Below, piece by piece: positions 49,476 to 58,105 of a DNA stretch of 58,105 nucleotides. The translations under genes were made by a program, and so were the position numbers. Location: contig CBIGSA010000001.1 in assembly GCA_966192215.1 (NCBI GenBank), positions 1-58,105 on the forward strand. Direction: 5' to 3'. The notes under the pieces are model-generated. The model did no database searches. It saw nothing but the letters and a program-made list of their open reading frames with translations, and was not told where the DNA came from. Source of the stretch: an uncultured Devosia sp. GTDB taxonomy: Bacteria; Pseudomonadota; Alphaproteobacteria; Rhizobiales; Devosiaceae. The stretch's first letter is position 1; each line of letters starts with the position of its first letter.

Positions 49476-49923
49476 GATTATGGGCTCCGGAATGGGGGTG
49501 GAGGGGATTGGGCTGGGCCTGGCGGGCGATGTCGTCGAGCGACACGCGCTCCAGCCTTGCCGCCAGCAGGGCTTCGGCATCGGCGAGGAAATCGCCCATG
49601 ACGGCATTGACGGTACGAACGATGCCGCATCCGATATCGCCCGGATCGCTTTCGGTGCGGATGAGCAGGCTTTCGCCCATGGCGGAATAGACCTGGCGCA
49701 GGCTGATCTCGCCTGCCGGGCGCAGCAGACGCCAGCCGCCATCATGACCCTTGGTTGATATGACAAGGCCCGCCTCGCGCAATTCACCCAGCACCCGGCG
49801 CACGACGACCGGATTGGTCATCAGGCATTGGGCCAGGGTGGTTGAGGTAATGGCTTCGTCCGGCTGCTTGTGCAGGTGGACGAGGGCATGGAGGGCGAGG
49901 GACAGGCGGCTGGAGCGTTTCAT
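49468..49923 (-). CDS. Rrf2 family regulator (YwnA/HypR-like)
   Basis: MKRSSRLSLALHAL, TNPVVVRR, KGHDGGW, C-terminal Cys. Confidence 0.9.
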   Translation of the reverse strand: MKRSSRLSLALHALVHLHKQPDEAITSTTLAQCLMTNPVVVRRVLGELREAGLVISTKGHDGGWRLLRPAGEISLRQVYSAMGESLLIRTESDPGDIGCGIVRTVNAVMGDFLADAEALLAARLERVSLDDIARQAQPNPLHPHSGAHNHG

Positions 49924-49958
49924 GTAACTTTTATTGTTACATAAATTGTTCTTGTCAA
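49922..49958 (-). promoter_or_regulatory. Rrf2 operator and probable leaderless promoter
   Basis: ATGTAAC-N7-GTTACAT (49922-49942) overlaps the start codon; minus strand reads TTGACA-N17-AATAAA-N6-ATG; no RBS. Confidence 0.7.
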
Positions 49959-49971
49959 CCGTGATGCTGCT

Positions 49972-49993
49972 TCCCGCTTTCGCCGCAATGACG
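49972..49993 (-). repeat. Solitary CGTC-tagged REP
   Basis: Minus strand CGTCATTGCGGCGAAAGCGGGA, similar to units at 53190 and 53268. Confidence 0.55.
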
Positions 49994-50037
49994 GAATGGT
50001 ATGGTTCCTGCGGTCTGCGGATACCGGGAGGGACGAA

Positions 50038-50640
50038 ATGAAGATGCTGCTTGCCGCCACGGCGATCACGCTGGCAACGGGTTCGGCCGCCATGGCTTTC
50101 GACGCCGATATCCAGGCCATTATCGACGGCCATAAGGCCGGAAAGCCGGTGGCCGTGCACGACCTGGTCCAGTTCATGCGGGCCAGCGAACAGTGGTGCT
50201 ATATCAACCAGGACCACACCTGCGCCTGGACCGATATCTATCTCGAGGTGACCAACCTGGGCGCCACTTTCGAGATCGGCAATGCCTGGGATGCGGAGAC
50301 CGACATCACCTTTACCGACAAGGGCGTGTTCAAGGACGACCGCTTTGTCTGCGAAACCGGCTATGACTGGGTGCCGACCATGCAGGCGACGCGGCGCAGC
50401 GATCACAGCGTGATCAACGGGCGCATGCTGTGGGACCTGCGGCTTGCCGTCTATGACACGCGCCAGGGCGATACGCAGGACTGCTTCGACTATCTCTTCC
50501 TGCGCGCCGATCCCGACCAGGAAGTGGTGACCCTGCTGCAAAGGCAATATGTCGACGAGGTGCACGATCCCGGTCGCGACGTGGAAGTGACGCTGCATTT
50601 CAACGCCGAGGATGCCGCCGGGCTGCTCTGGCGCTGGTAG
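50038..50640 (+). CDS. Secreted hypothetical protein
   Basis: GGGAGG RBS, signal peptide ending AMA, four Cys, strong GC3 codon bias. Confidence 0.8.
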   Translation: MKMLLAATAITLATGSAAMAFDADIQAIIDGHKAGKPVAVHDLVQFMRASEQWCYINQDHTCAWTDIYLEVTNLGATFEIGNAWDAETDITFTDKGVFKDDRFVCETGYDWVPTMQATRRSDHSVINGRMLWDLRLAVYDTRQGDTQDCFDYLFLRADPDQEVVTLLQRQYVDEVHDPGRDVEVTLHFNAEDAAGLLWRW

Positions 50641-50674
50641 GCGCCAGCACACTCGACACCGCCCGCGGGCAGCG

Positions 50675-50752
50675 CTAGAGCATGTTCGGTCGCGTTTCCG
50701 ATCCTCGGATCAACTCCGAGGGGCAAACCGTGCCAATTCCGCTGGAAACGCA
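50675..50752. repeat. Degenerate intergenic palindromic repeat with nested hairpin
   Basis: GCGTTTCC...GGAAACGC arms enclosing CCTCGGA-tcaac-TCCGAGG, preceded by CTAGAG. Confidence 0.45.
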
Positions 50753-51355
50753 ATGCCCATCACCCTTGCCATCGACACCGCCGCGCCGCGCCTGCAACTG
50801 GCCCTGCTGCTGGCCGATGGGCGCGTGGATGTGTCGGTGGATGAGATGGCCACCGGCCAGGCCGAGGCGATCTTCGCGCGGATCGCGGCGCTGCTGGATC
50901 GCAACGGGCTGGACTATGCCGATCTCGAATGCGTGGTGACCACCACCGGGCCGGGCTCGTTTACCGGGCTCAGGATCGGGCTTTCGGCGGCGCGCGGCAT
51001 CGGGCTGGCGCGCGGCATTCCCGTGGTGGGGGTATCGAGCCTGGTAGCCCTGTCGCTGGGCGTGGACGGGCCCTCGACCGTGTTGCTCGATGCGCGGCGG
51101 GACGAAGCCTATTTCCAGATCTTTGCCGGCCCGGCTTTGCCGACCACCGGGGCGGACCTGCTGCCGATGATGATCGCGCAGGCCGCGGTGGTGCCGGGCA
51201 TGACGCTGATTACCTCGCCCTTCATCGATATTGCCGCCCTGGCCCGCCATGGCGCCACGCTCGACCCTGCTGGCAATCCGCCCGAGCCGAACTATATCCG
51301 GGATGCCGATGCCAAGCCGCAGACGGCGGCGCGGATCGAAAGGCGGGGCATATGA
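50753..51355 (+). CDS. tsaB: tRNA threonylcarbamoyladenosine biosynthesis protein TsaB
   Basis: LAIDT, GPGSFTGLRIG, DARRDE, PNYIR. Confidence 0.93.
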   Translation: MPITLAIDTAAPRLQLALLLADGRVDVSVDEMATGQAEAIFARIAALLDRNGLDYADLECVVTTTGPGSFTGLRIGLSAARGIGLARGIPVVGVSSLVALSLGVDGPSTVLLDARRDEAYFQIFAGPALPTTGADLLPMMIAQAAVVPGMTLITSPFIDIAALARHGATLDPAGNPPEPNYIRDADAKPQTAARIERRGI

Positions 51356-51831
51356 TCAAGCTCTGGATGGCCCCCCATGGCCTCCATATTGAGCCCGGCA
51401 AAATGGCCGACGCAAAGGAACTGGCGCGCATCCATGCCGCCGGCTTCTATCGTGGCTGGCCGGCAGGCGAATTCGAGAGTTTCCTCAGCGATGCCAATAC
51501 GCCGGTCTATGTAGCCTGCGACGCGAGGCGCCGCATTGCCGGTTTTGCGCTGATCCGCGTCGTGGCCGACGAGGCCGAACTCCTGACCATTGCCGTCGAC
51601 CCCAAATGGCGCGGCAAGCGCGTGGGCCAGGCGCTGATGAAGGCGGTGTTCGCGGACCTGCTGCTGACGCCGGCCAGGCGCATGTTCCTCGAAGTCAGCG
51701 AGGAGAATGCAGCGGCCATCAAGCTCTATCAGCGCGAGGGCTTTGCCACGATTTCCACGCGCAAGGGCTATTATGCCAAGGCCGATGGGTCGCAGGCCAC
51801 CGCGCTTGTCATGGCGCGTGATCTTGGATAA
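51352..51831 (+). CDS. rimI: RimI-type N-acetyltransferase
   Basis: DEAELLTIAVDP, RGKRVG, FLEVSEEN, RKGYY; follows tsaB. Confidence 0.88.
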   Translation: MIKLWMAPHGLHIEPGKMADAKELARIHAAGFYRGWPAGEFESFLSDANTPVYVACDARRRIAGFALIRVVADEAELLTIAVDPKWRGKRVGQALMKAVFADLLLTPARRMFLEVSEENAAAIKLYQREGFATISTRKGYYAKADGSQATALVMARDLG

Positions 51832-51868
51832 CCCCGTCGATCAGGATGGACAGGTTTGGAGGCCAGGC

Positions 51869-52312
51869 GTGAGCAGAAGCCAGACTGATCCGACGCTGGA
51901 AGAGGCCTGCGTCTCCAAGGGCATGCGGATGACCGACCAGCGGCGCATCATTGCCCGGGTGATCGAAGCGGCCGACGACCATCCCGATGTCGAGGAGCTC
52001 TATCGCCGCGCTTCGGCGGTGGATGAGCGGATTTCGCTTTCCACCGTCTATCGCACCGTCAACCTCTTCGAGGAGGCGGGGCTGGTGACCAAGCATGATT
52101 TCAAGGATGGCCGCGCCCGGTTCGAGCTGATCCCGGACGAGCATCACGACCACCTGATCGATATCAGGAGCGGCACCGTGATCGAGTTCCGCAACGAGGA
52201 AATCGAGGCGATCCAGGAGGTCATCGCCAAAAGGCTGGGCTATAGGCTGGTCGACCATCGGCTCGAACTCTATGCCGTGCCCATCGAAGGCTCCGACAGA
52301 CTCAAAAAATGA
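51869..52312 (+). CDS. fur: Fur/Mur family regulator
   Basis: MRMTDQRR, DHPDVEELY, STVYRT, HHDHLID. Confidence 0.9.
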   Translation: MSRSQTDPTLEEACVSKGMRMTDQRRIIARVIEAADDHPDVEELYRRASAVDERISLSTVYRTVNLFEEAGLVTKHDFKDGRARFELIPDEHHDHLIDIRSGTVIEFRNEEIEAIQEVIAKRLGYRLVDHRLELYAVPIEGSDRLKK

Positions 52313-53112
52313 TCTTCCGCGTCCTGTTCTTCATCTTCGTCTTCCTGCCGGTGATGATCGTCATCATCCCGCTGCAGGCGCTGATCAATGCGCTCAAGCT
52401 CCCGTTCTGGGGCGTGCTGCCGCGCTTTTTCCACCGCCTCGGCTGCATATTCCTGGGCATGCGGGTGACCGTCATCGGCCAGCCCGCGACCGGGCGGCCG
52501 ACGCTCCTGGTCTCCAACCACATTTCCTGGACCGACATCATCGCGGTGGGCTCGGTGGCCGACGTGACCTTTGTCGCCAAGCGCGAAGTGGGTGAGTGGT
52601 TTTTCGTCGGCATGATGGCGCGGCTGCAGAAAACGATCTTCGTCGACCGCACAAGGCGTTCCGATGCCGGGCGCACGGCGCAGGAAATGGGCGCGCATAT
52701 GGCCGGCGGCAATGCCGTGCTGCTGTTTGCCGAGGGCCAGTCCGATATCGGCACGCATGTCCTGCCGTTCCGTTCGGCTTTGGTGGGGGCGGCCCAGCAT
52801 GCCATGATGGAGGCCGGCGCCGAGGATGTGATGATCCAGCCGCTGACCATTGCCTATACGAAATTGCAGGGCCTGCCGGTGGGGCGCACCGAGCGCTCGC
52901 TGATCGCCTGGATCAAGTCCAAGTCGGTCAAGCAGAATATCAAGGAAATCCTGGGCGGCCCGGTCAAGGACGTGACGGTCGCCTTCGGCACGCCGCGCCC
53001 GCTGCGCGACACCGACAACCGCAAGCTGGTGACCAAGGCGGCCGAAAACGACGTGCGCGCCATGCTGGTGGCCCTCAACCGTGGCCAGAAACTGCCGGTG
53101 GCGGCGGAGTAG
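52309..53112 (+). CDS. Lysophospholipid acyltransferase (PlsC/OlsA family)
   Basis: NHISWTD (HxxxxD), FVAK, FVDR, LFAEG. Confidence 0.9.
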   Translation: MIFRVLFFIFVFLPVMIVIIPLQALINALKLPFWGVLPRFFHRLGCIFLGMRVTVIGQPATGRPTLLVSNHISWTDIIAVGSVADVTFVAKREVGEWFFVGMMARLQKTIFVDRTRRSDAGRTAQEMGAHMAGGNAVLLFAEGQSDIGTHVLPFRSALVGAAQHAMMEAGAEDVMIQPLTIAYTKLQGLPVGRTERSLIAWIKSKSVKQNIKEILGGPVKDVTVAFGTPRPLRDTDNRKLVTKAAENDVRAMLVALNRGQKLPVAAE

Positions 53113-53139
53113 CAGCGCCGGGCCTCGGTTCCTGCCTCG

Positions 53140-53315
53140 CCCTCCCCCTTGAGGGGAGGGTTCACTGCGAACTTATAGCTCAAGCACAGCGTCATCCCCG
53201 CGCAAGCGGGGATCTCACTTTTTCCTGCGCGGTTTCAAAGTGAGATTGCCGCCTTCGCGGGAATGACGTCGTGGGTAAAGGCGGCCAAAGCGAACAGCGC
53301 CCCGCAAGGGGGAGG
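53140..53315. repeat. CCCTCCCC-TIR element enclosing an inverted CGTC-REP dimer
   Basis: CCCTCCCCCTTGAGGGG ... CCCCGCAAGGGGGAGG; inner CGTCATCCCCGCGCAAGCGGGGATCTC (53190-53216) and GAGATTGCCGCCTTCGCGGGAATGACG (53242-53268). Confidence 0.75.
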
Positions 53316-53438
53316 TGGCGACGAACATCGGCCTCGCGCCCAAAACCCATAAAACTTTAGCCGGTAAGCCTAATGGCCGCTTCCGTTTGGCTGTTAAGAC
53401 TGTGTTAGCTATCACGCTCGGGTAACCCGGAGGCGGAC

Positions 53439-53702
53439 ATGGCTTGGGAATTGCTGGCAATGTGGGCGATCGTCATTGCGACGGTCATCTGGTTCGTCCG
53501 CGACGAGAAGCGCCTGCGCGCCGAGGCCGAGCTCAAGCGCGCCGCCCGCTATTATGCCCACGCCCCGCAATATCGCCATGTCTCGGTGGAGCCCATCGAG
53601 GCCCCAGCCCTGCCACCGCGCCGCACGGGCGGACTGACCCAGGTGCAGCGCGCCTTCATCGCGGAGCTGACCCGGACGAAGCCGGATTCAAATTCGCCTT
53701 GA
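53439..53702 (+). CDS. Small hypothetical protein with N-terminal TM helix
   Basis: GGAGG RBS; hydrophobic N-terminus; GC3-rich codons. Confidence 0.7.
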   Translation: MAWELLAMWAIVIATVIWFVRDEKRLRAEAELKRAARYYAHAPQYRHVSVEPIEAPALPPRRTGGLTQVQRAFIAELTRTKPDSNSP

Positions 53703-53928
53703 GCCGGGAAACGATGTCGGCGGCCTTGACCATCAGGGCCATGTCGATATCGGCATCGCTGGCGCCTTCGGGCATGTCGGCCCAGACCGGGATGACCAGT
53801 TCATGGGTCTGCTCGCCCGCCCCGGCATCTTCCACCAGCACCGCGCGCACATGACCCTTTATCCGACCGGCAAGGCGTGGATGCGCCTGCTTGTCGCGAA
53901 CGGTGATATCGATGAGCTGCAAAGTCAT
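53656..53928 (-). CDS. Hypothetical protein
   Basis: ATG at 53928 (MTLQLIDITVRD...), typical codon usage; 3' end overlaps the convergent ORF. Confidence 0.6.
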   Translation of the reverse strand: MTLQLIDITVRDKQAHPRLAGRIKGHVRAVLVEDAGAGEQTHELVIPVWADMPEGASDADIDMALMVKAADIVSRLKANLNPASSGSAPR

Positions 53929-54135
53929 ACCGGCCCCTGTCGGAGCCCCCACTGCAAGGCTAGTCCGGCATGGTTCCCAAGACGTTAACAGCCGCCTGGA
54001 GCCGAAGGTTCTCCACAACCGGTAATGCCGGAGCATGCCTGCGAGTTCCAGTGCGCCGGATTGCCATAACCGACTGGGTCGTTACACAATTCCGGCGCGG
54101 TGGCCAGTGTTCAGGCCACGCCGGTGTGAGGTGTC

Positions 54136-54816
54136 ATGACTTTGTTGGGAAAGGCCGTGGTGGCCATATGGAACGGCATAAAGCCGGAGCTGGAGGACGA
54201 GTTTCTCAACTGGCATGTGCATGAGCATATTCCCGATCGCGTCGCCCTGCCCGGCTTCCAGCGGGGCCGGCGCTATATGTCGATCGACGGCAGCCCGCGC
54301 TTCTTCAATTTCTACGAGGCCGAAACCCTCGCCGACGTGACGTCCGCGGCCTATATGGCGGCGCTCAACGATCCGACGCCCTGGACAAGGCAGGTCATGG
54401 CCCATTTCACGCAGATGTCGCGCACGGTATGCAGCGTGACGGCGTCGGCCGGATGCGGGGCCGGCGTCGTCATCGAAACCATGCGACTCTCCAGCCGGGT
54501 CGAGCGCAATGGCTTCGTCGCGGCGATGACCCGCGATGTGATCGAGCCGGCCGCCGCCCGGAGGGGCATTGTCGGGGTGCATCTGCTGGAGGGGCAAGCG
54601 GCGTCCCGCGCCGAGACGGCCGAGACCCGGCTGCGCGGGGCCAGCGAGAATGCCGACTGGATCCTGCTGGTCGAGGCGGTACGCATGGACGTGATTACCG
54701 AGCTGCGCGGCAACCTCATCAGCAACCATGCCATCATCGCCTGTGGCGCCGGTACCGCCATTCAGCGCGGCGCCTATGGGCTACAGTTCGCGCTGTCCCG
54801 ATCCGAGCTGCCCTAG
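54136..54816 (+). CDS. Hypothetical protein, EthD/dimeric alpha-beta barrel-like
   Basis: [20 protein letters not shown]...[15 protein letters not shown]; GAGG RBS. Confidence 0.75.
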   Translation: MTLLGKAVVAIWNGIKPELEDEFLNWHVHEHIPDRVALPGFQRGRRYMSIDGSPRFFNFYEAETLADVTSAAYMAALNDPTPWTRQVMAHFTQMSRTVCSVTASAGCGAGVVIETMRLSSRVERNGFVAAMTRDVIEPAAARRGIVGVHLLEGQAASRAETAETRLRGASENADWILLVEAVRMDVITELRGNLISNHAIIACGAGTAIQRGAYGLQFALSRSELP

Positions 54817-56123
54817 ACCTTGACCGGGTGCTCCACCCGCCCGGCATCGCCGAAGATGCGGATATAGCGGGCGATCTCATCCTTCGTGCCGGTGGCCTTG
54901 GCGGGATTGTCGCTGAGCTTGACCGCCGGGCGGCCATTGGCCTCGCTGACCTTGGCGACGATGGAAATGGGGTCGAGCCCCGGATTGGCCCCGTCGGGGG
55001 AGCAGCCTTCGAAATCGTTGGTGAGGTTGGTGCCCCAGCCGAAGGCCATGCGCACCTTGCCGTCGAAATGGAGATAGGCTTCCTCGATCATGTCGACATC
55101 GAGCCCGTCGGAGAAGATCAGCAGCTTTTCCCGCGGGTCGCGGCCGCGTTCCCGCCAGAACTTGATGATGCGCTCGCCACCCTCGATGGCCGGGGCGCTG
55201 TCGGGCCGGAAGCCGGTCCAGTCGGCCACCCAGTCGGGCGCATCGCGCAGGAAAGAATCGGTGCCGAAGGCATCGGGCAGCACGATCAGCAGGTTGCCAC
55301 CATAATAGCTCTTCCAGTCCTGCAACACCCGATAGGGGGCTTCGCGCAGTTCCTCGTCGGAACGGGCGAGCGCCGCCAGCACCATGGGCAGTTCATGCGC
55401 ATTGGTGCCGAGCGCCTCGAGATCGGTATCCATGGCGAGCTTCACATTGGACGTGCCGGTGAAATTTTCGCCGATCCCTTCCTTGAGCGCCTCGACGCAC
55501 CAGCGCTGCCAGAGGAAGGAATGGCGCCGCCTTGTGCCGAAATCGGAAATCTTGAGGTCGGGCAGCTTCTGCAGCCGCTCCACCTTGTCCCACATCCGCG
55601 CCTTGGCGCGGGCATAGAGCACATCGAGCGTGAAGGGGCCGTAATGCTTCATCGCGGCGCGCGAGCGCAATTCGTTGATGATGGCGAGGGCCGGGATTTC
55701 CCACATGGTGGTTTCGAGCCACAGGCCGGGAAATTCGAGGATGAACTGGCCGTCGCGCTTTTCCAGCCGATAGTCGGGCAGTTGGAAATTTTCCAGCCAG
55801 CGCAGGAAGCCGGGCTGGAAAATCTGCTTGCTGCCGTAAAAGGTGTTACCGGCCAGCCAGATCATTTCCTTCTTGGAGACGCGCAGGGTGCGGCAATGAT
55901 CGAGCTGGGCGCGCAGCTCGTCGATGTCGATTTCCTCGGCCAGGCGAACCGACCTGGTGCGGTTGATGAGCGAGAAAGTGGCGCTGACCTTGGGGTAGAG
56001 GCCCCAGATCATCTGCAGCATCAGGAGCTTGTAGAAGTCGGTATCGAGCAGGCTGCGCACGATCGGATCGAGCTTCCAGGTGTGGTTATACACCCGCCGG
56101 GCAATATCGGTATAAGTCGCCAT
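54813..56123 (-). CDS. pncB: Nicotinate phosphoribosyltransferase
   Basis: [52 protein letters not shown]. Confidence 0.96.
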   Translation of the reverse strand: MATYTDIARRVYNHTWKLDPIVRSLLDTDFYKLLMLQMIWGLYPKVSATFSLINRTRSVRLAEEIDIDELRAQLDHCRTLRVSKKEMIWLAGNTFYGSKQIFQPGFLRWLENFQLPDYRLEKRDGQFILEFPGLWLETTMWEIPALAIINELRSRAAMKHYGPFTLDVLYARAKARMWDKVERLQKLPDLKISDFGTRRRHSFLWQRWCVEALKEGIGENFTGTSNVKLAMDTDLEALGTNAHELPMVLAALARSDEELREAPYRVLQDWKSYYGGNLLIVLPDAFGTDSFLRDAPDWVADWTGFRPDSAPAIEGGERIIKFWRERGRDPREKLLIFSDGLDVDMIEEAYLHFDGKVRMAFGWGTNLTNDFEGCSPDGANPGLDPISIVAKVSEANGRPAVKLSDNPAKATGTKDEIARYIRIFGDAGRVEHPVKV

Positions 56124-56211
56124 AGGTGGTCCCCACTTCGCGGCAAGGCTTTTAGCGCGGGCCGGATGGGATGGAAAGGCGCGAACCGGCGCGAGGCGTT
56201 CGGTGAGCCCG

Positions 56212-56323
56212 CCCTCGTGGTTCGAGGCGCTGAAGAAGCGCACCTCACCATGAGGGCTACTCTTGGCTCGGTGTTCCAGTAACCCTCATGGGGAGGTGCG
56301 AGCTCTTGCGAGCCTCGAACCAC
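56212..56323. repeat. Inverted REP dimer (GTAG/GTAA-tagged)
   Basis: Minus-strand GTAGCCCTCATGGTGAGGTGCG...GCCTCGAACCAC and plus-strand GTAACCCTCATGGGGAGGTGCG...GCCTCGAACCAC. Confidence 0.75.
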
Positions 56324-56338
56324 TGACGCGTGGCACCG

Positions 56339-57478
56339 TCACTCCCCCAGTTGAAACGCCTCGAACCGGCCCAGCGCCGCATCCACCGCGGCACGGCCCT
56401 CGGCGCCGACATCCTCCAGCCAGGTGGCCTGCTGGATCAGCAGCTTGCGTGCGGCGCGGTCGGTCTTGAGATCGAAGGCGGCAACGATGCGGTCGCCCAT
56501 CAGGATGGGCAGGGCGAAATAGCCGAGCTTGCGTTTGGCAGCTGGCAGATAGGCCTCGAACAGGTGGTCGTAGCCGAAGAAGAGCTTGAGCCGCTTGCGC
56601 TGGATGATCAGCGGATCGAAGGGCGAGAGAATATGGACCAGGTTGGGCGGCTCGCTGGCCGTGGCGTCGAGCGCCTCGGGGCTGACCCAGTGCTGGCTCT
56701 TTTCGGCGCCCTCGATCGCCACCGGCACCAGCAGCTTGCGACGCAGGCGGCTGTCGATCAGCGCCTTGACCGCCTTCTTGCTCGGCGCATCGAGATGGCA
56801 GATGGAATCGAGGCTCACCACAGCCTGGCTGCGCAGGGCACGATCGAGCTGGTAGGCGGTGATCTGGCGGGCCGTCGCCGGCCTGGGCACGGCGCCGAAA
56901 TGACGCGCCATCAGGTCATAGGTCTTGACCATGCCCTGCCGCGCACCGATCGTCACCAAGCCCTGGAAGAACATCATTTCGAGCACGCGCTTGCTCGGCT
57001 TGCGGCTGGCCCAGGGGTGATCCTTGTCCACCAGTTCGTCGTCGCCGATGTCGCGGATAGAGAGCGGCCCTTCTTTCCGCAGGCGCTTCAGCATCTTTTT
57101 GACTTCGTCCGGCGTCACCGAGCCGAACCAGCGGCTGGGCGTTTCCCGATACTGCTTCATGGCCGGGATGAAAAAAGGCAGGTCGGCCGTCGGCACATAG
57201 CTCAGCGCATGCGTCCAGTATTCGAAGACCGATTTGTCACCCGACTGGACCTGGGCAAGGTCGGCCCGGCGATATCCGGGAATGCGCGAGAACAGGATAT
57301 GGTGGTGGCAGCGCTCGATGACATTGATCGTATCGATCTGCACATAACCGAGATGGGCAATGGCCGCTGATGTGGCCGCCGGCCCGTCGCCGAACGGGGA
57401 CGCCGAATCGAGGCGCTGGGCGGCGATCCACAAATGGCGGGCGCGGGTGGGCGAGATTGTGATGGGCTTTTTGGGCAC
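56339..57478 (-). CDS. ycaQ: YcaQ/AlkZ (HTH_42) crosslink-repair DNA glycosylase family
   Basis: GYVQIDTINV (QxD), FEYWTHA, ILSPFDPL, FEAYLPAAKRKLGYFALP. Confidence 0.85.
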   Translation of the reverse strand: MPKKPITISPTRARHLWIAAQRLDSASPFGDGPAATSAAIAHLGYVQIDTINVIERCHHHILFSRIPGYRRADLAQVQSGDKSVFEYWTHALSYVPTADLPFFIPAMKQYRETPSRWFGSVTPDEVKKMLKRLRKEGPLSIRDIGDDELVDKDHPWASRKPSKRVLEMMFFQGLVTIGARQGMVKTYDLMARHFGAVPRPATARQITAYQLDRALRSQAVVSLDSICHLDAPSKKAVKALIDSRLRRKLLVPVAIEGAEKSQHWVSPEALDATASEPPNLVHILSPFDPLIIQRKRLKLFFGYDHLFEAYLPAAKRKLGYFALPILMGDRIVAAFDLKTDRAARKLLIQQATWLEDVGAEGRAAVDAALGRFEAFQLGE

Positions 57479-57546
57479 GGTGCATCCGATTCTGGGGCGG
57501 AACCAGAAGAACCAAGCACCATGCCGGCGTCAATTCATGGCAGGAG

Positions 57547-57786
57547 CTATAGCCGCTTCTTGGCAAAGGCGCGGCCGGAGGCGGTCTTGAGGTATTTCTC
57601 GAAGGCGAAAGCCTGTGCCTCGTTGTCGAAGGCCAGATAGGTCTTGATCTGCCACGGCGCATATTTCGAGGTGTGGCTGACCGCGCCCTCATTGTGTTTG
57701 ACGAGTCGAGCCTTCAAGTCGGCAGTAGTGCCGACATAATGGCGCCCCGGCTCGGCCAGACTGCGGAGAATGTAGACATACTGCAT
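57547..57786 (-). CDS. Small stand-alone GIY-YIG nuclease
   Basis: YVYILRS...HYVGTTADLKARLVKHN...HTSKYAPW...FEKYLK.SGRAF; 79 aa. Confidence 0.9.
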   Translation of the reverse strand: MQYVYILRSLAEPGRHYVGTTADLKARLVKHNEGAVSHTSKYAPWQIKTYLAFDNEAQAFAFEKYLKTASGRAFAKKRL

Positions 57787-57955
57787 GGCCGAAGCTTAGC
57801 CGGACATCGAGCAGGATCAAATCGAGTTTGTGGAGAGGTCGGTCCGTCTGCGTTGCTAACGCAACTCCGACGCGACAGCCTTCGCCAGTGATGTCCGCAA
57901 ACTTCAGGTCAAACCACTAAGGCTTGCCGAGCCGAAGCTGCGGAGCAGCGAAGGC

Positions 57956-57957
<2 letters not shown>
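57787..57957 (-). other. Structured element between tRNA CCA end and GIY-YIG start
   Basis: 10-bp inverted repeat CAGCCTTCGC (57876-57885)/GCGAAGGCTG (57948-57957); additional hairpins GCTGC-tcc-GCAGC and TGCGTT-agc-AACGCA. Confidence 0.6.
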
Positions 57958-58031
<74 letters not shown>

Positions 58032-58105
58032 ATTCCATTGGGTATCCGGAGGGGCTAACCCGTCCGAAGCGAGGCGGAACCTATTGGATGATCCCGACTG
58101 GCGCA

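Noticed and set aside
49468-50652. 394-aa Rrf2 fusion, and similar long N-terminal extensions (4189-6270, 38189-39364, 48585-49787)
   Set aside because: Extensions overlap genuine neighbouring genes; internal starts fit family lengths better.

Overview
GC-rich alphaproteobacterial chromosome segment. Gene content, Irr (ICE) boxes and repeat families suggest Hyphomicrobiales, probably Devosia-like (inference). It has three parts. (1) 1-13.7 kb is a LysR-controlled organic/aromatic-acid catabolic module: a partial 4,5-dihydroxyphthalate-decarboxylase-like gene missed by the ORF track, a LigK-type aldolase, three enolase-superfamily enzymes, a 2-hydroxyacid dehydrogenase, a family III CoA-transferase, an Fe/polyamine-type ABC importer and an MFS transporter. 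(2) 15-36.6 kb is a module sharing a TTGYATACRA operator with one GntR gene. It encodes two ABC importers, an MFS pump and eight enzymes; most have recognisable folds with substituted catalytic motifs, including a very divergent cyanuric acid hydrolase/barbiturase homologue. I read it as a candidate uncharacterised N-heterocycle catabolic pathway. Both ends are marked by single cassette-like genes (Imm5-like; His-tailed DMT) inside clusters of degenerate GTCCGCT...AGCGGAC palindromes. (3) 38.2-58.1 kb is backbone-like: arsR-arsC-aquaporin-arsC, trhO, mbfA with tandem ICE boxes, Rrf2 plus oxidoreductase, tsaB-rimI-fur-acyltransferase, pncB, ycaQ-like glycosylase and tRNA-Ala(GGC). It also holds several nested REP/MITE-like repeats, and a structured element plus a small GIY-YIG nuclease gene attached to the tRNA 3' end. 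No integrase, transposase, CRISPR array or rRNA was seen. All calls come from motif recognition, not database searches.
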